A DNA stretch of 64,000 bases from Octopus sinensis (lineage: Eukaryota), in NCBI RefSeq assembly GCF_006345805.1, contig NC_043005.1:66712001-66776000 (forward strand), given 5' to 3'. The notes beneath the pieces were generated by a model. That model was not told the origin of the DNA. It did no database searches and saw only the letters and a program-made list of their open reading frames with translations. The position numbers and the translations under genes are program-made. Below, one piece after another: positions 39,373 through 55,659 of the stretch. The first letter of the stretch is position 1, and each line of letters begins with the position of its first letter.

Positions 39373-39731
39373 TCTCTCTCTATATAAACGGCAGTTTGTC
39401 TGTGCGTTTTCTGTGTGTCTGTTTTCTCGTACCCTCACTCTGACCACGGCTTTCAACCGATTCTGATGAAACTTGACACACACATAGCCCAATGTCATAA
39501 TTCAAAACTAACGCAGCGAAAATTTTGAAAAGTTCCCCCAGTTCTGAAAAAAATCGATAAATTCGACATGGGGTCGAGAATCACAAACACAAACCACAGA
39601 CGCAACTCGACCTTTTTAACTAAAAAAAAAATTTACCATCATTTTTTTCCCATTTTTTGGCTATAACTCTCTAAAAATGCTTTATAGTTATTTCCCTTAC
39701 AAACCCGAGCAACGCCGGGCGATACTGCTAG
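39373..39731 (+). mobile_element. Non-autonomous Helitron (~359 bp)
   Basis: It starts TC after an A and ends CTAG before a T. A subterminal hairpin CCCG-A-GC-AAC-GC-CGGG lies at 39704-39719, about 10 nt before the end. Confidence 0.75.
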
Positions 39732-40729
39732 TTCTTAATATTTGTCTCAATACAATATTCATGTCGAATGCAAAAGCCCCTAGTCGATCGGTAATTATGG
39801 AAACCCTCACAAAATAATTTTATATTCGAAAATTTTATACAAAATCGATACGTTTTAGTCTATTTCACGTATTATACATAAGTGTATCGTTTATCCCACT
39901 AAAAATGCAAATCCAAATATAATCCTAAATTGATGTAATATTCTGCGTCATGTGTGATGGTATATTCTAAATCCTATAAATTATTGTGAGAAATCCGCTA
40001 CGCCCTTTGGCACGAAGAAAATTGACTTTTCAACCAATTTAATGTATAACTACATTTAACTACATTGAATTGATTTCATCTTTTGTATATAATCATTTTA
40101 AAGAATTTCAATATATATTTAGTTCTTTAAATTTCAATTTTTTATATATCGCAGTATGTTTGATGTTACGTACAATCATCTAGAGCATTTCCTGCTATTT
40201 TGCGCCTGTACCAGCTTAGGGTCAGATTCGCACAGGTACACGTGTACACAGGCATACGTGCATCGATAAATATACATAAATTTATTTTGTGTATGTACAT
40301 ATATTTTCACAATATTCCTGTAAAGTGCTTCAACATAAAGACCAATAATGTGCAACCATTTTTATAAGCAGACGATAGAAATATCAGGTTGTCAGTAATA
40401 AGTTTTGATACCTTCAAAGAATATAATCGGGTACAAGCAACTCACAATTCTTCCAATTTGCAGGATAAAAGGAAGATTTAATGAATTTTTGATAAATATT
40501 TTAAGAATTATATTATAAACCAATTTTTTATTTTTTATAAAATTGTGAATTATTTTATAAAATATATTGCTATAAATCTAAAATATCGCTTTGTAATTTC
40601 TAATAGTTTACATTGTTAAAAAAATTAATTGCTCTATAAATAATGTCTCAATATTTAATTAAAATTGTGGCATAATTTCTATAAGAATCTTATTTTGGTT
40701 CTTGACATTATGAAAGTAGTGAATGCGCG

Positions 40730-41050
40730 CAAGCATCAGCCAGCAGCCTATTATCTCATGGCTATCCGCTGAATACGCTAGTACGGACATGTCCTCAATC
40801 TCCCTGTGAATCATCCTACCAGGGTTTAATCTTATTTGAAGCAGCAGCTGTGGGCTGGAAGAAGCCTCGTGGAAGGCACTGCATCAGATGGCTGGACGTG
40901 ATTAGAGATCTCCAGAAGCTCGACGTCAGAGGGGCTGGCACAGGATTGCCAGTGATGGAGAGCGCTAGTGGACCTGGTCGACTCCTGGGTCCACTAACTT
41001 GGAATGACCTCAGCCCCATCAAGCACGAAGTAAAGCCAGGCCAAGCCTAC
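40730..41050 (+). mobile_element. RTE-clade LINE 3' end remnant
   Basis: Translation ...GHVL...ILFEAAAVGWKKPRGRHCIRWLDVIRDL resembles the RTE C-terminus (GH..R...W.RPRGRP..RW.D). It has a short repeat-like tail. Confidence 0.7.
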
Positions 41051-42632
41051 ATAAAATACTGACTTTAGAGAAATGTAGTCACTTAGTTATCAGTATACTT
41101 TTATCCATGTAGCAACGGGACCGGGGCATAACAGACGTTCGTATAATTTAGAGTAGAATCCTGTAGCAAGTTAGATGAAAAAAAATCATATGTATACATA
41201 CACGCACACACACACGCAGATACACACATATATATGTTGAATCAGTGCAGCATTTTTGTCCTTGACAATATTCCACTCGAAAGTCATCCCATAATTTTAT
41301 GATACTAAATATGTGGGAATTTTCCCAAAACCCCTTGAAAGCCTGCTTTTATCTGTTATTAGGCTGTTGTTTTAATCTTAAACAAGTCTCTTAGTGTAGT
41401 TTCCCATGCAGCCATACCGTAAGTTCTGTTTAGTCATATAATTTACACTTTCTTGGTCATATAGCTTACCTATCAGATATATATGAGAGATTTATAGAAT
41501 AAATTTGTTTTAGTGGATATCTTTTCTAGTGAACCAAGTTTGGTTTTGGCCCGGGGTTTTGGTATTTTTCTGCATTTCTTCTATTTTAAGTGTCTTCACT
41601 ACCATTTTTTCCACTTCTCCCTCTTCCCCTTCCCAAAATTCTCCACAGAGATATGCGTCGATGCAACACATTTGTCTATGATAAGTTCGTACTGGGAAAG
41701 ATGACTTCTTAACTGTTGCCTGCACTTTGTGATCGTGACATTCAGTGCTATCAATATATCCCGCGTCACACTCGGTGGGTAGATTGAAAATAATGGCTTG
41801 GGTGACCTCTTTTGTGTAGGCTTCTGCTACTGACATTGGCCTCTTTTTACTGGTTTTTCCAGTTCACTCCAGTTTAAACGCAAGAATCAAGTCTTGATGC
41901 TACACATTTAGCAGTTGATCTTTCTACCATTCACTTTTAGTAACACTTCTTACAATTCTGGTCCTACAATGTGGCAGATCTCTTTGAAAGTCATGAGAAT
42001 CTACATGCCCATTCGCACTCAAGGTAACCACATCTCATTTTAGACCACAGCCATCTTTGAGATTTAATATCCCCTATGTATATATTTTTGTTTATATTCT
42101 CAAGTTTTTAACATCGCGGTGCTCAGCTATAATTTCTACAAAATATCTGTAGAAATAACGTTAACAAAATAATGCAAAATGCATTGGCAACACAGTAGAT
42201 CGTGGTGTTCACTTATAAGAACATTTAATTTACTTTATAGTAACTTTATAGTATATTAGGGTTGCATAACGAAATTCCACGAGCCCACATTTATTAATAT
42301 TTACATACCGGCTCCAGAAATGTGTTTAATATGTAAAATTTTATATCCAATAAATTAACACCGCTGTATACGTTGACTATATAAGCAATGTGTTCGGAGA
42401 TGAGAATGGGTTAATGGGTGCTGATGGAGGGGCAAAAATCCCTGCAATATGGCATATAAATTCATCAGGCATTTTTGTTTTCGATCTCATTGTTTGTTTA
42501 CATCTGACGTCTCGAAACGAAACGTTGTAGTAAAAAATAAGTGCTGGCTATAATTACTGTAGAATATCTGTAGAAACAGCCTCATCAAAATGATATTTAG
42601 CTTGTGTCTCTGAACCGAAGATGCTACCTTTT

Positions 42633-42814
42633 TCACTTATATATCTGTTCGAGTACAAAATTCTGCCCACTCAACTGATCAACCAATTGACGTGATTTTT
42701 CTGTTTCATAAACTCTTGCTTTTGTATTCAAATTTTCCGGATATCTTTTCGGTTTATATGTGCATCGGTATCTGAAGGCGACTCCATATTTAGAGATAGT
42801 CCTTCTACTAGCAA
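42633..42814 (-). CDS. Candidate terminal exon, phase 1 (VASRRTISKYGVAFRYRCTYKPKRYPENL...EQIYK*)
   Basis: Acceptor caacaatttcttttacag inside the 115-aa track ORF. Composition is not low-complexity. Confidence 0.25.
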
Positions 42815-43709
42815 CTGTAAAAGAAATTGTTGAGAGTAATATTGATGAAAATGTATTAAAATCTGAGACAAACCATATATTTCCGCCTAAAGCCATATAT
42901 TTTCCACACAAATAACCAGAATCTGTTTCCAAAAAAGGATATAAAACAATTTTCATTGAATAAAGCGTGGAAGTATCCACTTATTTACCGGTAATAAAAA
43001 CGACAACTACGGTGAATATGATAATAATTTTCCCAATAACAACAACAACAACAATAATAATAAACACCAAAACAATAACGATGTATTTTTTATTTAATCT
43101 TTATTTTTCAATTCAATGTTATATAATTTTTTTTTGGATTGGTGACTACACTTGTTGTGATTTAACATCATTATGCAAACCAGAATATTTTAAAATATAT
43201 TTGCACCCCTGATCTTCTAAACTTCAAAGCTTACTCTAAATATTTTATTTCAATGTTTGGTACATTCATTTATATTCAAATCTTCTCCAAAACAAAATGC
43301 CGGAGAATATTTTTTCCAAATAATGAATATTCGTTGACATGTTTCATACATTTATCGTCTATGTCAAACACATTGTTATTCATATCTCCACATTTGAGAA
43401 AAATAAGTAGAAAAAAGAAAAAAAAGATATAAAACATTGGTAATAAATTAGGTTGTTAGATTAGGTCTTAGGGAATGAACATTCATCGAAGAGATTTGAA
43501 ACAATAACATCATGGATCACTGAAGTTCGTAGAAATAAGTTTAGCTTTTATACGCATATATATATATATAATATATATATATATATATAGTATGTATGCA
43601 TAGATGTATGTATACATATATATATATATATGTATATGTACCTACATAAATACATATATACATATATACATACATATATACATTTATATGTGTATATAGA
43701 TACATACAT

Positions 43710-43774
<65 letters not shown>

Positions 43775-43846
43775 TATAACATGACATATAGATACACAAA
43801 CACACACACATACATACGCACACGTATACATCAATTTTGACAAGTA

Positions 43847-43900
<54 letters not shown>

Positions 43901-45159
43901 GGGAACTTTATATAATTATAGAAAAATTATTAAACACAGTTACACGAAGACGCACAAACATCTACACACCCATATATATATACATATATGTGTGTGTGTT
44001 TGCGTGTGTATATACACACATACATACATATATACATATAAATATATGCATGTAGATATGCACGCATCGTTGCATGTATATGTGTATACGACTTTTATGT
44101 GTCCATGGTATTCATGTTTAGCTAACCATGCACGCGGAAACATACATTTACATAAGCACACATACACACATACGGAGACATAAACGTCCAGGCATACAGA
44201 GAAAAGCGTACATGCATACATACAAGGATTGAAATGGTAGGTGGAAACTAGTTAATCAATGAACGGATTTTGGTTTAATATGAAATATCTCCAACATTAC
44301 TTAACTATTTTCAAATCTTATTGAAATGCGCAGTGAGTCATACTTTTAGAGTATTTTTATGAGCTATGAATTTCTTTTTTATATATAGCTTTGTTTGTGT
44401 GTATATGAATGCGTAGTATCGTGAGCATGGGAAAATATATTTGTTGTGGTGAATAAAACTTCAAGATGTTGATAAAATCATGACTAGGCACGAGTCTTAG
44501 ATTTATAACGAAGGGAACGATGATTTTGTGGCGTTCATGCCTACAGTAATTAATAGCATAAATGTTATGAGATAGGTTCAAGAGAAAATTGAATGCCTTA
44601 CATTTATTCATTATATTGAGAATATAAATATGGGTTTGTTGCATATGTATGAACAGAATGGAATTCTGATTCTCAGCTCTTTCTTCAAATGCCTTAAATT
44701 CATCAATGAAAGCAGTTTCCCTGAAGAATCTGACTGCGATTAACAATTTATATTCAGCGAAATTTACAATTTCTTTACGTTAATGCGAAAGACACAGTCA
44801 TAGTAATAATAATGGTGTAGAAGATAATGATGATTAAGTTGATGATGATGGTGATGGTAATGATAATGCTATTATGGTAACAAGAGTGATGTTAATGAAG
44901 GTTATGGTGCAGATGACAATTTTATCCATGACAAAAGATAAAGATGTCAATGGTAATTATGAAAATACTAATACTAATTTTAATCATCATATATAATTTC
45001 CATTAAGCTCAATGCCAATATCTCAGTAAAGATTACATAGTCGACTGAATCGACATTATTACCTTATCTGGAGGATGAAAGACAAATCAACACCGGCGTT
45101 TAAATTACAAGAACAATAGCAATGATTTCTCATACTGGCACCATGCAACGAATTGCATT

Positions 45160-45345
45160 ATAGTGGTATAGGTAATTGAATCGACGACATCAGTATATTT
45201 TTTTTTCTCTGTAACAATGTATTGACCCGGAGGGATGGAATGTGAACTGAACCTCAGTGGCATTTGAACTCGGAATGCAGAGATTCAAAGAGGAATTCTG
45301 TTAGGTATTTAGTCCAATGCAATAAAATTTCTGCCACACTACAGC
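45160..45345 (-). mobile_element. Degraded SINE (family of 12770-12980)
   Basis: attgacccggagggatggaatg..acctcagtggcatttgaactcggaatg is a diverged reverse complement of the SINE core. Confidence 0.45.
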
Positions 45346-45502
45346 CCTTCTGCTAAACAATAGTGATCATAATAACAGAAACATCAAAACACAACAAATA
45401 TCAGCAACAGGATTTCTATATAACGGAGACGGAAGGAAGCAAATTACTGGGTTCACGATGTAAATGAAGATTAATAAAAAGCAGTATTTTAAAACCTATT
45501 TA

Positions 45503-45571
<69 letters not shown>

Positions 45572-45596
45572 ATTATTATTATTGTTATTATTATTA

Positions 45597-45680
<84 letters not shown>

Positions 45681-45682
45681 TT
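45503..45682. repeat. (TTA)n microsatellite, ~180 bp
   Basis: Read directly from the sequence. Confidence 0.95.
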
Positions 45683-45738
45683 TATGTTATGATTCTTTTT
45701 TATTGGTTTTAATCTGAATGTAATTCAGAATTTATAAA

Positions 45739-45774
<36 letters not shown>

Positions 45775-46449
45775 AGACATGAAGAAACAGGAATAAATTT
45801 TATTTTATTTGTATTTGATAATCTCCTGGTATTGCGAGTGAATATTGTATATTTAATTAACAACAGAAATGCATTGTATTAAAGCATCAGGACATGACTG
45901 TTTGACGTAGTACTCTGATACCTGATAATGATCCTTACGTGAATATCATAGTGTGTGTATAGAAGGGGTACAACGGTTTAGTTGATCTAGGCTGACACAC
46001 CATCTGACACGATGCCAGATAAGTGTATCTCAGGATGTTTTAATATTGTTATTATTCATTTCATTTCTACAGCTTGTATTAATATAACTTATATTTTAAA
46101 GTTAATTAAAATACTTGCATTACATTTATTATTTTGGTTTAGCTTAATTCTTGTAGTGTTACCTATGGAAGTGAATATTGGATAAATTAATCGCATAAAC
46201 TTATAGTTGATTATTTACGAATAAGTCTAATTGTATACGTCAAAATCGTTGGTCATGTGCATATGTGAGGTACGAAATTAATAAATCTCATATTTCTTTA
46301 ATTACCTGCCTACACACACACATTAACTAGTTACCCTGTTTTCACGTAGTTAACTATATTATTACATATTCAAACGAATTTATCGATTTATCTTTCTATG
46401 CGTGTGTATGTACACACACATACACACATGCAAACACATATATGCGTGT

Positions 46450-46510
<61 letters not shown>

Positions 46511-46652
46511 TATGCGTATATATATATACATACATATATATATATATGTTTCCATGAATGTGTATACACAGACTCACATATATATAATATATATATTTAT
46601 GTTTTTCACGATTGTATATATCTATATATATGGATATATATGTTTGCATGAT

Positions 46653-46705
<53 letters not shown>

Positions 46706-47189
46706 CGTGTGTGTGTATGTGTATGCGTGCGTGCCTGTATATATTGATGTATCTAAGGATATATTATCTACGTTCATTACCGTGTGTTCTTCGGAGCTAA
46801 ATTTTACAAGTGACGTCCGATTTTTAGAGAAAACAACGTAAAATGTATTCACCAAATTTTGAAAGATTAGCTCTTTTATTTATATTACTGATATTAAAAT
46901 ATTAAACAAAGTTGTCACTGAGCAAGGAACAAATAATTTAAAAAGGAAACATAGGTGAAGTAAAAAAGAATAAAAAAAAAAGAACATTTATACATTTTGT
47001 ATTTCTGAAAGAATAATGAAATAAACACGAGAGAATCGTTAGGCTTACCAAGTAGAAAATGTTTGTTGTACTTGTACACGATAGAAAAAGCGTTATTTAT
47101 GTGCCACTCAAGAAAACATTCACACAATTTCAATAAAATTTTAATGCAATTAATGTAATGTATGAATTGATATAAATAATATATATATA

Positions 47190-47456
47190 TACATGTATAT
47201 ATATATATATATACATATGTATATTTACATATATATATATATTTATATTTATATATGTTTATGCATATGCATATATATATGTATATACATATATATATAC
47301 ATAGGTGCATAAAAATATATAAATATATATATATACATGTATATATATATATATATACATATGTATATTTACATATATATATATTTATATTTATATATGT
47401 TTATGCATATGCATATATATATGTATATACATATATATATACATAGGTGCATAAAA

Positions 47457-47475
<19 letters not shown>
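47190..47475. repeat. ~142 bp tandem duplication within TA-rich microsatellite
   Basis: ataggtgcataaaaat occurs at 47301 and 47443 with matching surrounding pattern. Confidence 0.8.
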
Positions 47476-47487
<12 letters not shown>

Positions 47488-48237
47488 CAATATGTGCATA
47501 TTGCGTATATATATATACATATATATAATATATATATACTTACACACACACATGCATACATACATATATATATATATATATATAATATATATATATGTGT
47601 ATATATATAATATATATATATATAATATATATATATATGTGTTTCTCTGCATGTGTGTGTGTTTCTGTGTCTATATATTCTTGTCTGGTAGGGCGCGTGT
47701 TAGCTGACAAACAAAAGAAACCTGGCGCAAGGCAGATAGCCGGAATAACGTGCAGCTTTCTTGGCGCTATGGATTACTTTGTGGAAGTGCATTACAGTTT
47801 ATAAATTTACTCCCGATATTATAGAGAGACTATTGCATTTAGTCCTTATTTTGATGTGGGCTCAAATATGAAAATCTCCTTCATATATGTAATAGAAGTA
47901 ATCCGTTGTCAAATTTCGTTTCTGGTGAACAGAAATCTTATTCGGAACACACGAACACGCACGCACACACATTCACACATACGCGCGCGCACGATTACGG
48001 ACACTCACAGACACACGCAGACACTTACTCACGCATGCATGCATGCATGCATGTAAATATACATGCACCTATAAATGTCTGTACATAAATGTAATGTTGT
48101 ATGTATTTAGGTACTGTTTCATGTTTATTTGAATGATTTCTTAATCATTTCGTAAAATGATGCTTGATTAGCGGTGAGGCAATACTCTCGGACAAAGCAT
48201 CAAAGCGTCATATCAATTATAATATATACACACATTG

Positions 48238-48281
<44 letters not shown>

Positions 48282-49103
48282 ATCTGTGTACATTTATGCA
48301 TCTATGCTTGTATGCCTACACATGTATAAAGTGCAATGAGAATATGAGTAAAGAAAGGAAATATTGATATATCTGTTTGTAAACTTAATTTCAGTATCCC
48401 ATAAAAGGCAATTGCTTCTTTCAAAAATTCTATTTCCCCAGTTTAAGGAACAATATTACTTTCTTTCATTTATTCTTTCTTTCTATTTTTCCCTCCCTCC
48501 CTCTGTAATTATTTATATGTATGTGTGCATTGAGATATGTACATGTATATCTATCTATCTATCTATCTGTTTACATACACACACACGCACACGCGCAACA
48601 CAATAGGAGCCTATTTGGAATCTTAGATGTATTTATTTAGCTATACGCTCTGTTTTCTTTTACACGCTTGCATAAACACGAATCCACTTGCATACACATA
48701 CATATGCTGACACGAAACGCATTCATTTACTCATACATCTGTGCTGTATATTTATATTTGCAACTGAGTAACTGAATAGAGTTACACATTTTATAATTAT
48801 GTGTGTGTATAATATATCTTTGAATGTATCATATATATTTCAGTACATTTATACTACATTTATACAATTTGTACCATATTAGCAACATAATTACCGAAAG
48901 GAAATGTTTATATTACGCAACGCAAACTGAGATAACTGAAAATTTTACACTTTCTTAAATAGAATTTCACTTTTCAAATATAATATAGCAACATGTAAAT
49001 TCATGCATAGGGGTGTATGAGTCTATTGAATATAATAAGCATGTATATATGTGTATATACGTATATATATATATATATATATACGTATGTATGTATGTAT
49101 GTA

Positions 49104-49134
<31 letters not shown>

Positions 49135-49580
49135 GTTGTATATATATATATATATATATTTCACACACATGTGTATGTGTTTTTGCGTCTGTTAATGAAT
49201 TTGTATTTATATATCTTTATCTGTTTAGGAAATTATACATTTAAATATTCACAGCAGTTTTCTGCATATTTGCGAGTGGGTGCGAATAAAGGCTAACAAC
49301 TTAAAGAAATTGGTGTATATATCAGCGGTATACCATCCACTGTTTCATTTATCATCAGTATAAATTTAAAATCGTAAATAAGTATTTAACTGTATGGTTA
49401 CCGCCGAACACATATAATTGACTTTACGTACTTTAAAATTGCTAGAAATATACATCTTAATATTTATGCAAGTACACCATAAGAGCATACTATATATATA
49501 TATACATATAGATATGGATACATGTATATATGCTTACATATAAATACAGAACTTATATATATATATTTATATATAATATA

Positions 49581-49633
<53 letters not shown>

Positions 49634-50906
49634 TATTTAATATAGTGGGCTTATATTGTTTTATTGTTTAGATAATTCTCACTTAAATTCTGTGGAAGTG
49701 TTTAATAATTTTTCAGTGTATGCATTGAGTAGAAACCTGACCTTTCATTTCCTGAGGTTTTGAATAGACCAGCACTAAGTAACCTCGGTTTAGAGTCAGC
49801 ATCGAAAGTACATTAACTCCCCTTGTACAATTTTGATTTCCGTTTTACGTAGAAGTAATTCCAGATGACCAGATAAGAAAGTAAAAAAAAATGTATATAT
49901 TTATTCTCGTATCAGTAAAGTACTTTGATATGACGATATTTTGAATATATACACCGTTCGTATATATCTATCATGTATGAAACTTGGAACCTAACTTAAT
50001 GAGAATTCAGGATTTAATCCTGATACATTGATATTGAAATTTTACATTTCATATCAATCAAATTTTGCAAATACACTTTTAACATACACACTTTGCTGTG
50101 TGTAATAATGTTTCCATAAGAAAAATTGCTGCTTTCATTTTCACTTTTTCTGTCTTCATCATCAGATTCCCTTTATAATTCATGCAATCAAAATCAATAA
50201 AGTATAATCTGTGAAAGAAAATTCTAAATGTTGTCTGGTCTGGAAATATTTCTCTTTACGTTTCCTATTATTACTTTCTGAATTTTTCTGTTTACATTGA
50301 CATTATGCCCTGGGTCATTATCATTTACAATCATAAAATTAACGTTAGATTTCTTTTTTTATCCCATGGCCGTTGCAATAATTTCTCGTATTTTCGCAAG
50401 ATACTACCGCTCCATAATTGTAAAAGTAAACACTTAACAACAAATCTTATAATATCAACAACAACAACAACAACAAAAATAGAAAACAAAACAGGAAATT
50501 GTGTGTATATTCAAAATAGTATCAAATATATTACCAACGAACAATTTGAAAGAATTCATCATCTTATCCAGCTATAACGACAAAACAGTCTGAAAGATTT
50601 TGATGAATGAAAATATATCTGAAGAAATAAACTCAGCAAAATAAACATTATTATGAATTCGACTTTAACGAATAACAAAAATGCATACATTAGAACATCC
50701 CTCTGTGTTTCTAAAACCAAATTTACGTATCTAACTCTTAATCTGTTACTCTCTTCGCCTCCCGCTATGCCCTACGCCCTGTACGTCTTTCTCTATCATA
50801 AATCCATCAATACAGGTATAAATATGCATGTATATATAAAGAAATATATACATGAATGTTTGAGTATATATATATATAGTATCTATATCCCTCTTTTCTC
50901 TGTATA

Positions 50907-50956
<50 letters not shown>

Positions 50957-51436
50957 AATATACGTATATATATGTGTGTGTGTTTGTGGGTGTGTATGTG
51001 TGTATGTGTGTGTGTGTGTGTATGAGTGTGTCTATCTATATGATATATGAGGGGCGGATTGAAATGAGAATGAAAATTACTTGATAGTACAAAAAAGACG
51101 CTTTAAGTTGATTAAATGAAAATTAACTGGACATCGAAAATGCGTCATAGCAAGATCAGATGATTGTTAGACGATTCAATAACGTTGTAAAAGCGAGAGT
51201 GCTTTGAAAACACATACCTTCCATGCTGAAGAAAGAAAATAGAAGGAAAACAGAAATAGCCTAAAAATTCATTTACCTAATTGTTGCTTTGTTGATGATA
51301 GTACACGATTTCCCATCATTGGTGATGATGGTTACAAGTAATGCACGAACTAAAAAAACAAACAATTTCTTCCAGACTTATCGTGCAATATACTTTAATA
51401 ATCATATCTAACTTTATGCATATACATACATATAAT

Positions 51437-51502
<66 letters not shown>

Positions 51503-51884
51503 TATTCTTTCACACGTATATTAGTATATAAGTATGTTTTATGTACACTAGAACTTGTGCACAAATATAATTCATAAATTATGTGCAAATATATAAATAC
51601 ACTATTTACATACAAGTACAATGCCACACTTACAGATACATAAATAGCCTACAGCAATCGTGTAGAGGAGTGGGGGTCACCTTGAATCATTGATATGCAT
51701 CAGTGTTTCATTTTAAATTACTGCTTAATAAAAAAAATAACGTCAATTATTTCAAAATGTCCTTACATTCTAGTGTGATATGTATTGTTTTCTTCGCAGT
51801 TTGACATTCACATTTTTTTTTGTCAGCCTTCTTCACCCACCTGAGTGTATATATCGGCTCGCTCAAATAAGCAACGTATATAAG

Positions 51885-51915
<31 letters not shown>

Positions 51916-53304
51916 GTATATAGGCACACACACACCCACACAAATAATAGTATGTGAGCATATAAATGAAAAAAAAATGAAAGAAAATATATTTGCATGT
52001 ATGAGAAGTATACATGTGTGATTAAACATCAGAAATAAAAATGTCCGGATTATTGCAGTCTTGCATTCACTAGGATTTATTCTTACCTTAATATAAGAAA
52101 TGTTAAAGGTGGAAGTAACGAATGCAATCGAAATATCTGGCGGATTTTATTAATAGTAATAATTCGCTGTATATTCCACTGTGAAATGTTCAAGCTCATT
52201 TTTAGCGGTCTGGTGTGCTTCAAATCTTTAATTATTGCAGTGACAAGGTTAAGTTCTTAAGTGTCTTTGTTTATTTTTCTTATTAAGTTAGGAATATTTG
52301 TTTTAAATGAAGCACAAATTGAAAGTGTTAATGTTTCTAATATCATTCTTTCTCTGCAATGAAATGTCACTAAGATGTACAACGACAGTATAAAATGCAG
52401 AGATATTTAAAGTCTTAAATATTAGATACAGAGTAAGAAAAAGAAAACAATCATGTATATATGTATAATTATTCATGCATGTAAGCATCTGTGTATGAGC
52501 TTATATACGAGTCGGTAAATTTGTTTGAGGGCGTGTTTGTATGTGCGAATGTATGTACTTATTAATTTACATAAGCAATAGAGTAAGAAGTATCAGAGAT
52601 CTTTAGAATATTTCATATATGAGGATTTTATACTCACTAGCAGATAGAACAAAAATCTGTTGTATACTGTAAAACTTGTGAAATGATGTGCCACTCTAGG
52701 TAAATGTATGAAAATTGGTTTGCTTGTGGTTGCCAGAATTATTTTTCAAGAAGTATGTTTTCTGCCGAGGGACGTTATGACATTATATATATATATATAT
52801 ATATATATAAATACATATATACACGTATATATATTTTTAGATATATATATATAAGTATATATATGTATAAATATATAATCTGTTTTTATATACTGTCACT
52901 GAGAAAAGCCATCTTTAATCTGTAGTATTCATTTCATCTGCTGATAGGATCTCGATGTTTCATCTGGTCACATATTGCAGAGATATGAATCCCAGAAGTC
53001 TTATCTTCCGAATTATAAGTTTTCGCTTCGTCTGATATAGTTTTCAGAGCTAACTCATCACTATTATTTATTTATATTATGGCTTTTCTTATTTTAATAA
53101 AAATGCGAGTGGAGATAATCAAGCAGTAATCGTCGAGCGAGGCTAGAGTGCATAGAAGATGAATGTAATACCAGTAGTATGTCTGGATGTAGGGCAGTGT
53201 TCTGCAGATACTGTTGGCCACTAAATTATCACGGAACACAAACATACGTACTAAAATGCACATGCAAGCATAAATATTTAAGTGCTGAGCGGATAATTAT
53301 AAGT

Positions 53305-53367
<63 letters not shown>

Positions 53368-53377
53368 TATATATATG

Positions 53378-53427
<50 letters not shown>

Positions 53428-53729
53428 GTATTATATATATATATACATATATATATGCGTGTGTATGTATGTATATATATATGTGTGTTTGTGTGTGTAT
53501 GTGTGTATAAATCTATGTATATATGTGTATGTATATATTTGTATATATACATACACATATATATGCACACACATGCATACATAATATCTATGTATATATA
53601 TACACATACATATACATATATATACATATATATTTATGCATGCATATATACGTACATATATGTGTGTATATATATATACACACATATACATATATACATA
53701 TATGTATATATATATATATATATACATAC

Positions 53730-53759
<30 letters not shown>

Positions 53760-53760
<1 letters not shown>

Positions 53761-54595
53761 ATTTCGATTAACCGTCAACTAACAACATTTAACAAATCTT
53801 TCGGATTTAGCAGATATTCTATAAAAAAAAAATATATAAACACCAATTATAAACCAACAGATATTTCACTGGTATTAGTGACAGATGATGTGGGCTGGTC
53901 AAGTGCCATGCAAACAAAGGTGATACAGCAAGTGACAATACATATCAATCCACCTGCACGCTTTGATAGTGCTTCGATTGATTGATTGATTATTTGTATA
54001 TAAATGATCTGTTTTTCTGTGTTTGTTGTATGTTTGGTGGAGCTCAGGTTTAATCATCTTCGACTCTTTAGTGATGATACCACAGGTGTCGTCCTTGTAA
54101 TCTATACGTCTTGTTGTAGAGGTCTTCATCATTGGACAGGTGATGTTGATGGGCAGTCATCGGTGGTGGACTACGCGGTCCCCATCTCTCACTGTCTGGG
54201 CGTCACAGTTCTGAAAAAGATTCCATCACATTCGGACATTACCATGTATCCCAAGGAGAGGTTGCGTCTTGATATGGCGAAAACATACTTTTTATAGATT
54301 TGTTTTTAATTTTAAATCTGGTAACTACAAGCAAATCAACAAAACATTATTTTTGACTATAGAGAAAGAATGTTAAGATACTTTAGAGGATAGAATGAAT
54401 ATAATTAGATGATTCTTTGCGAATAATAGTAATTTCTGTGTAAATTGTGATTTAGAGTGATACGTTAGATCTAATAGAGGAATATTAAAGAAAATGAAAT
54501 GGAGAGGACTGTGAGCAACAAAAACAAGAAAAATAGAGAAAAATGCTCTATCTGGTAATTTAAAATATAGACATGCAGATTTACTTACGTAGACA

Positions 54596-54642
<47 letters not shown>

Positions 54643-54721
54643 CATAATATATGTATATATGTATTTGTATATATATATGTATACATATATACATACCTAC
54701 ACACACACACACACACATATA

Positions 54722-54759
<38 letters not shown>

Positions 54760-55626
54760 CATATATATATAAATATATATATATATATAATTTCGATTAA
54801 CCGTCAACTAACAACATTTAACAAATCTTTCGGATTTAGCAGATATTCTATAAAAAAAAAATATATAAACACCAATTATAAACCAACAGATATTTCACTG
54901 GTATTAGTGACAGATGATGTGGGCTGGTCAAGTGCCATGCAAACAAAGGTGATACAGCAAGTGACAATACATATCAATCCACCTGCACGCTTTGATAGTG
55001 CTTCGATTGATTGATTGATTATTTGTATATAAATGATCTGTTTTTCTGTGTTTGTTGTATGTTTGGTGGAGCTCAGGTTTAATCATCTTCGACTCTTTAG
55101 TGATGATACCACAGGTGTCGTCCTTGTAATCTATACGTCTTGTTGTAGAGGTCTTCATCATTGGACAGGTGATGTTGATGGGCAGTCATCGGTGGTGGAC
55201 TACGCGGTCCCCATCTCTCACTGTCTGGGCGTCACAGTTCTGAAAAAGATTCCATCACATTCGGACATTACCATGTATCCCAAGGAGAGGTTGCGTCTTG
55301 ATATGGCGAAAACATACTTTTTATAGATTTGTTTTTAATTTTAAATCTGGTAACTACAAGCAAATCAACAAAACATTATTTTTGACTATAGAGAAAGAAT
55401 GTTAAGATACTTTAGAGGATAGAATGAATATAATTAGATGATTCTTTGCGAATAATAGTAATTTCTGTGTAAATTGTGATTTAGAGTGATACGTTAGATC
55501 TAATAGAGGAATATTAAAGAAAATGAAATGGAGAGGACTGTGAGCAACAAAAACAAGAAAAATAGAGAAAAATGCTCTATCTGGTAATTTAAAATATAGA
55601 CATGCAGATTTACTTACGTAGACAAT

Positions 55627-55659
<33 letters not shown>

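Noticed and set aside
51045-51070. Mariner-like TIR start (tatgaggggcgg)
   Set aside because: No matching second TIR or transposase remnant was found.
53179-53985. 268-aa ORF and the many other [12 protein letters not shown] ORFs (10.8, 24.3, 43.5, 46.4, 60.4, 63.4 kb)
   Set aside because: Stop-free only because they run through dinucleotide repeats.
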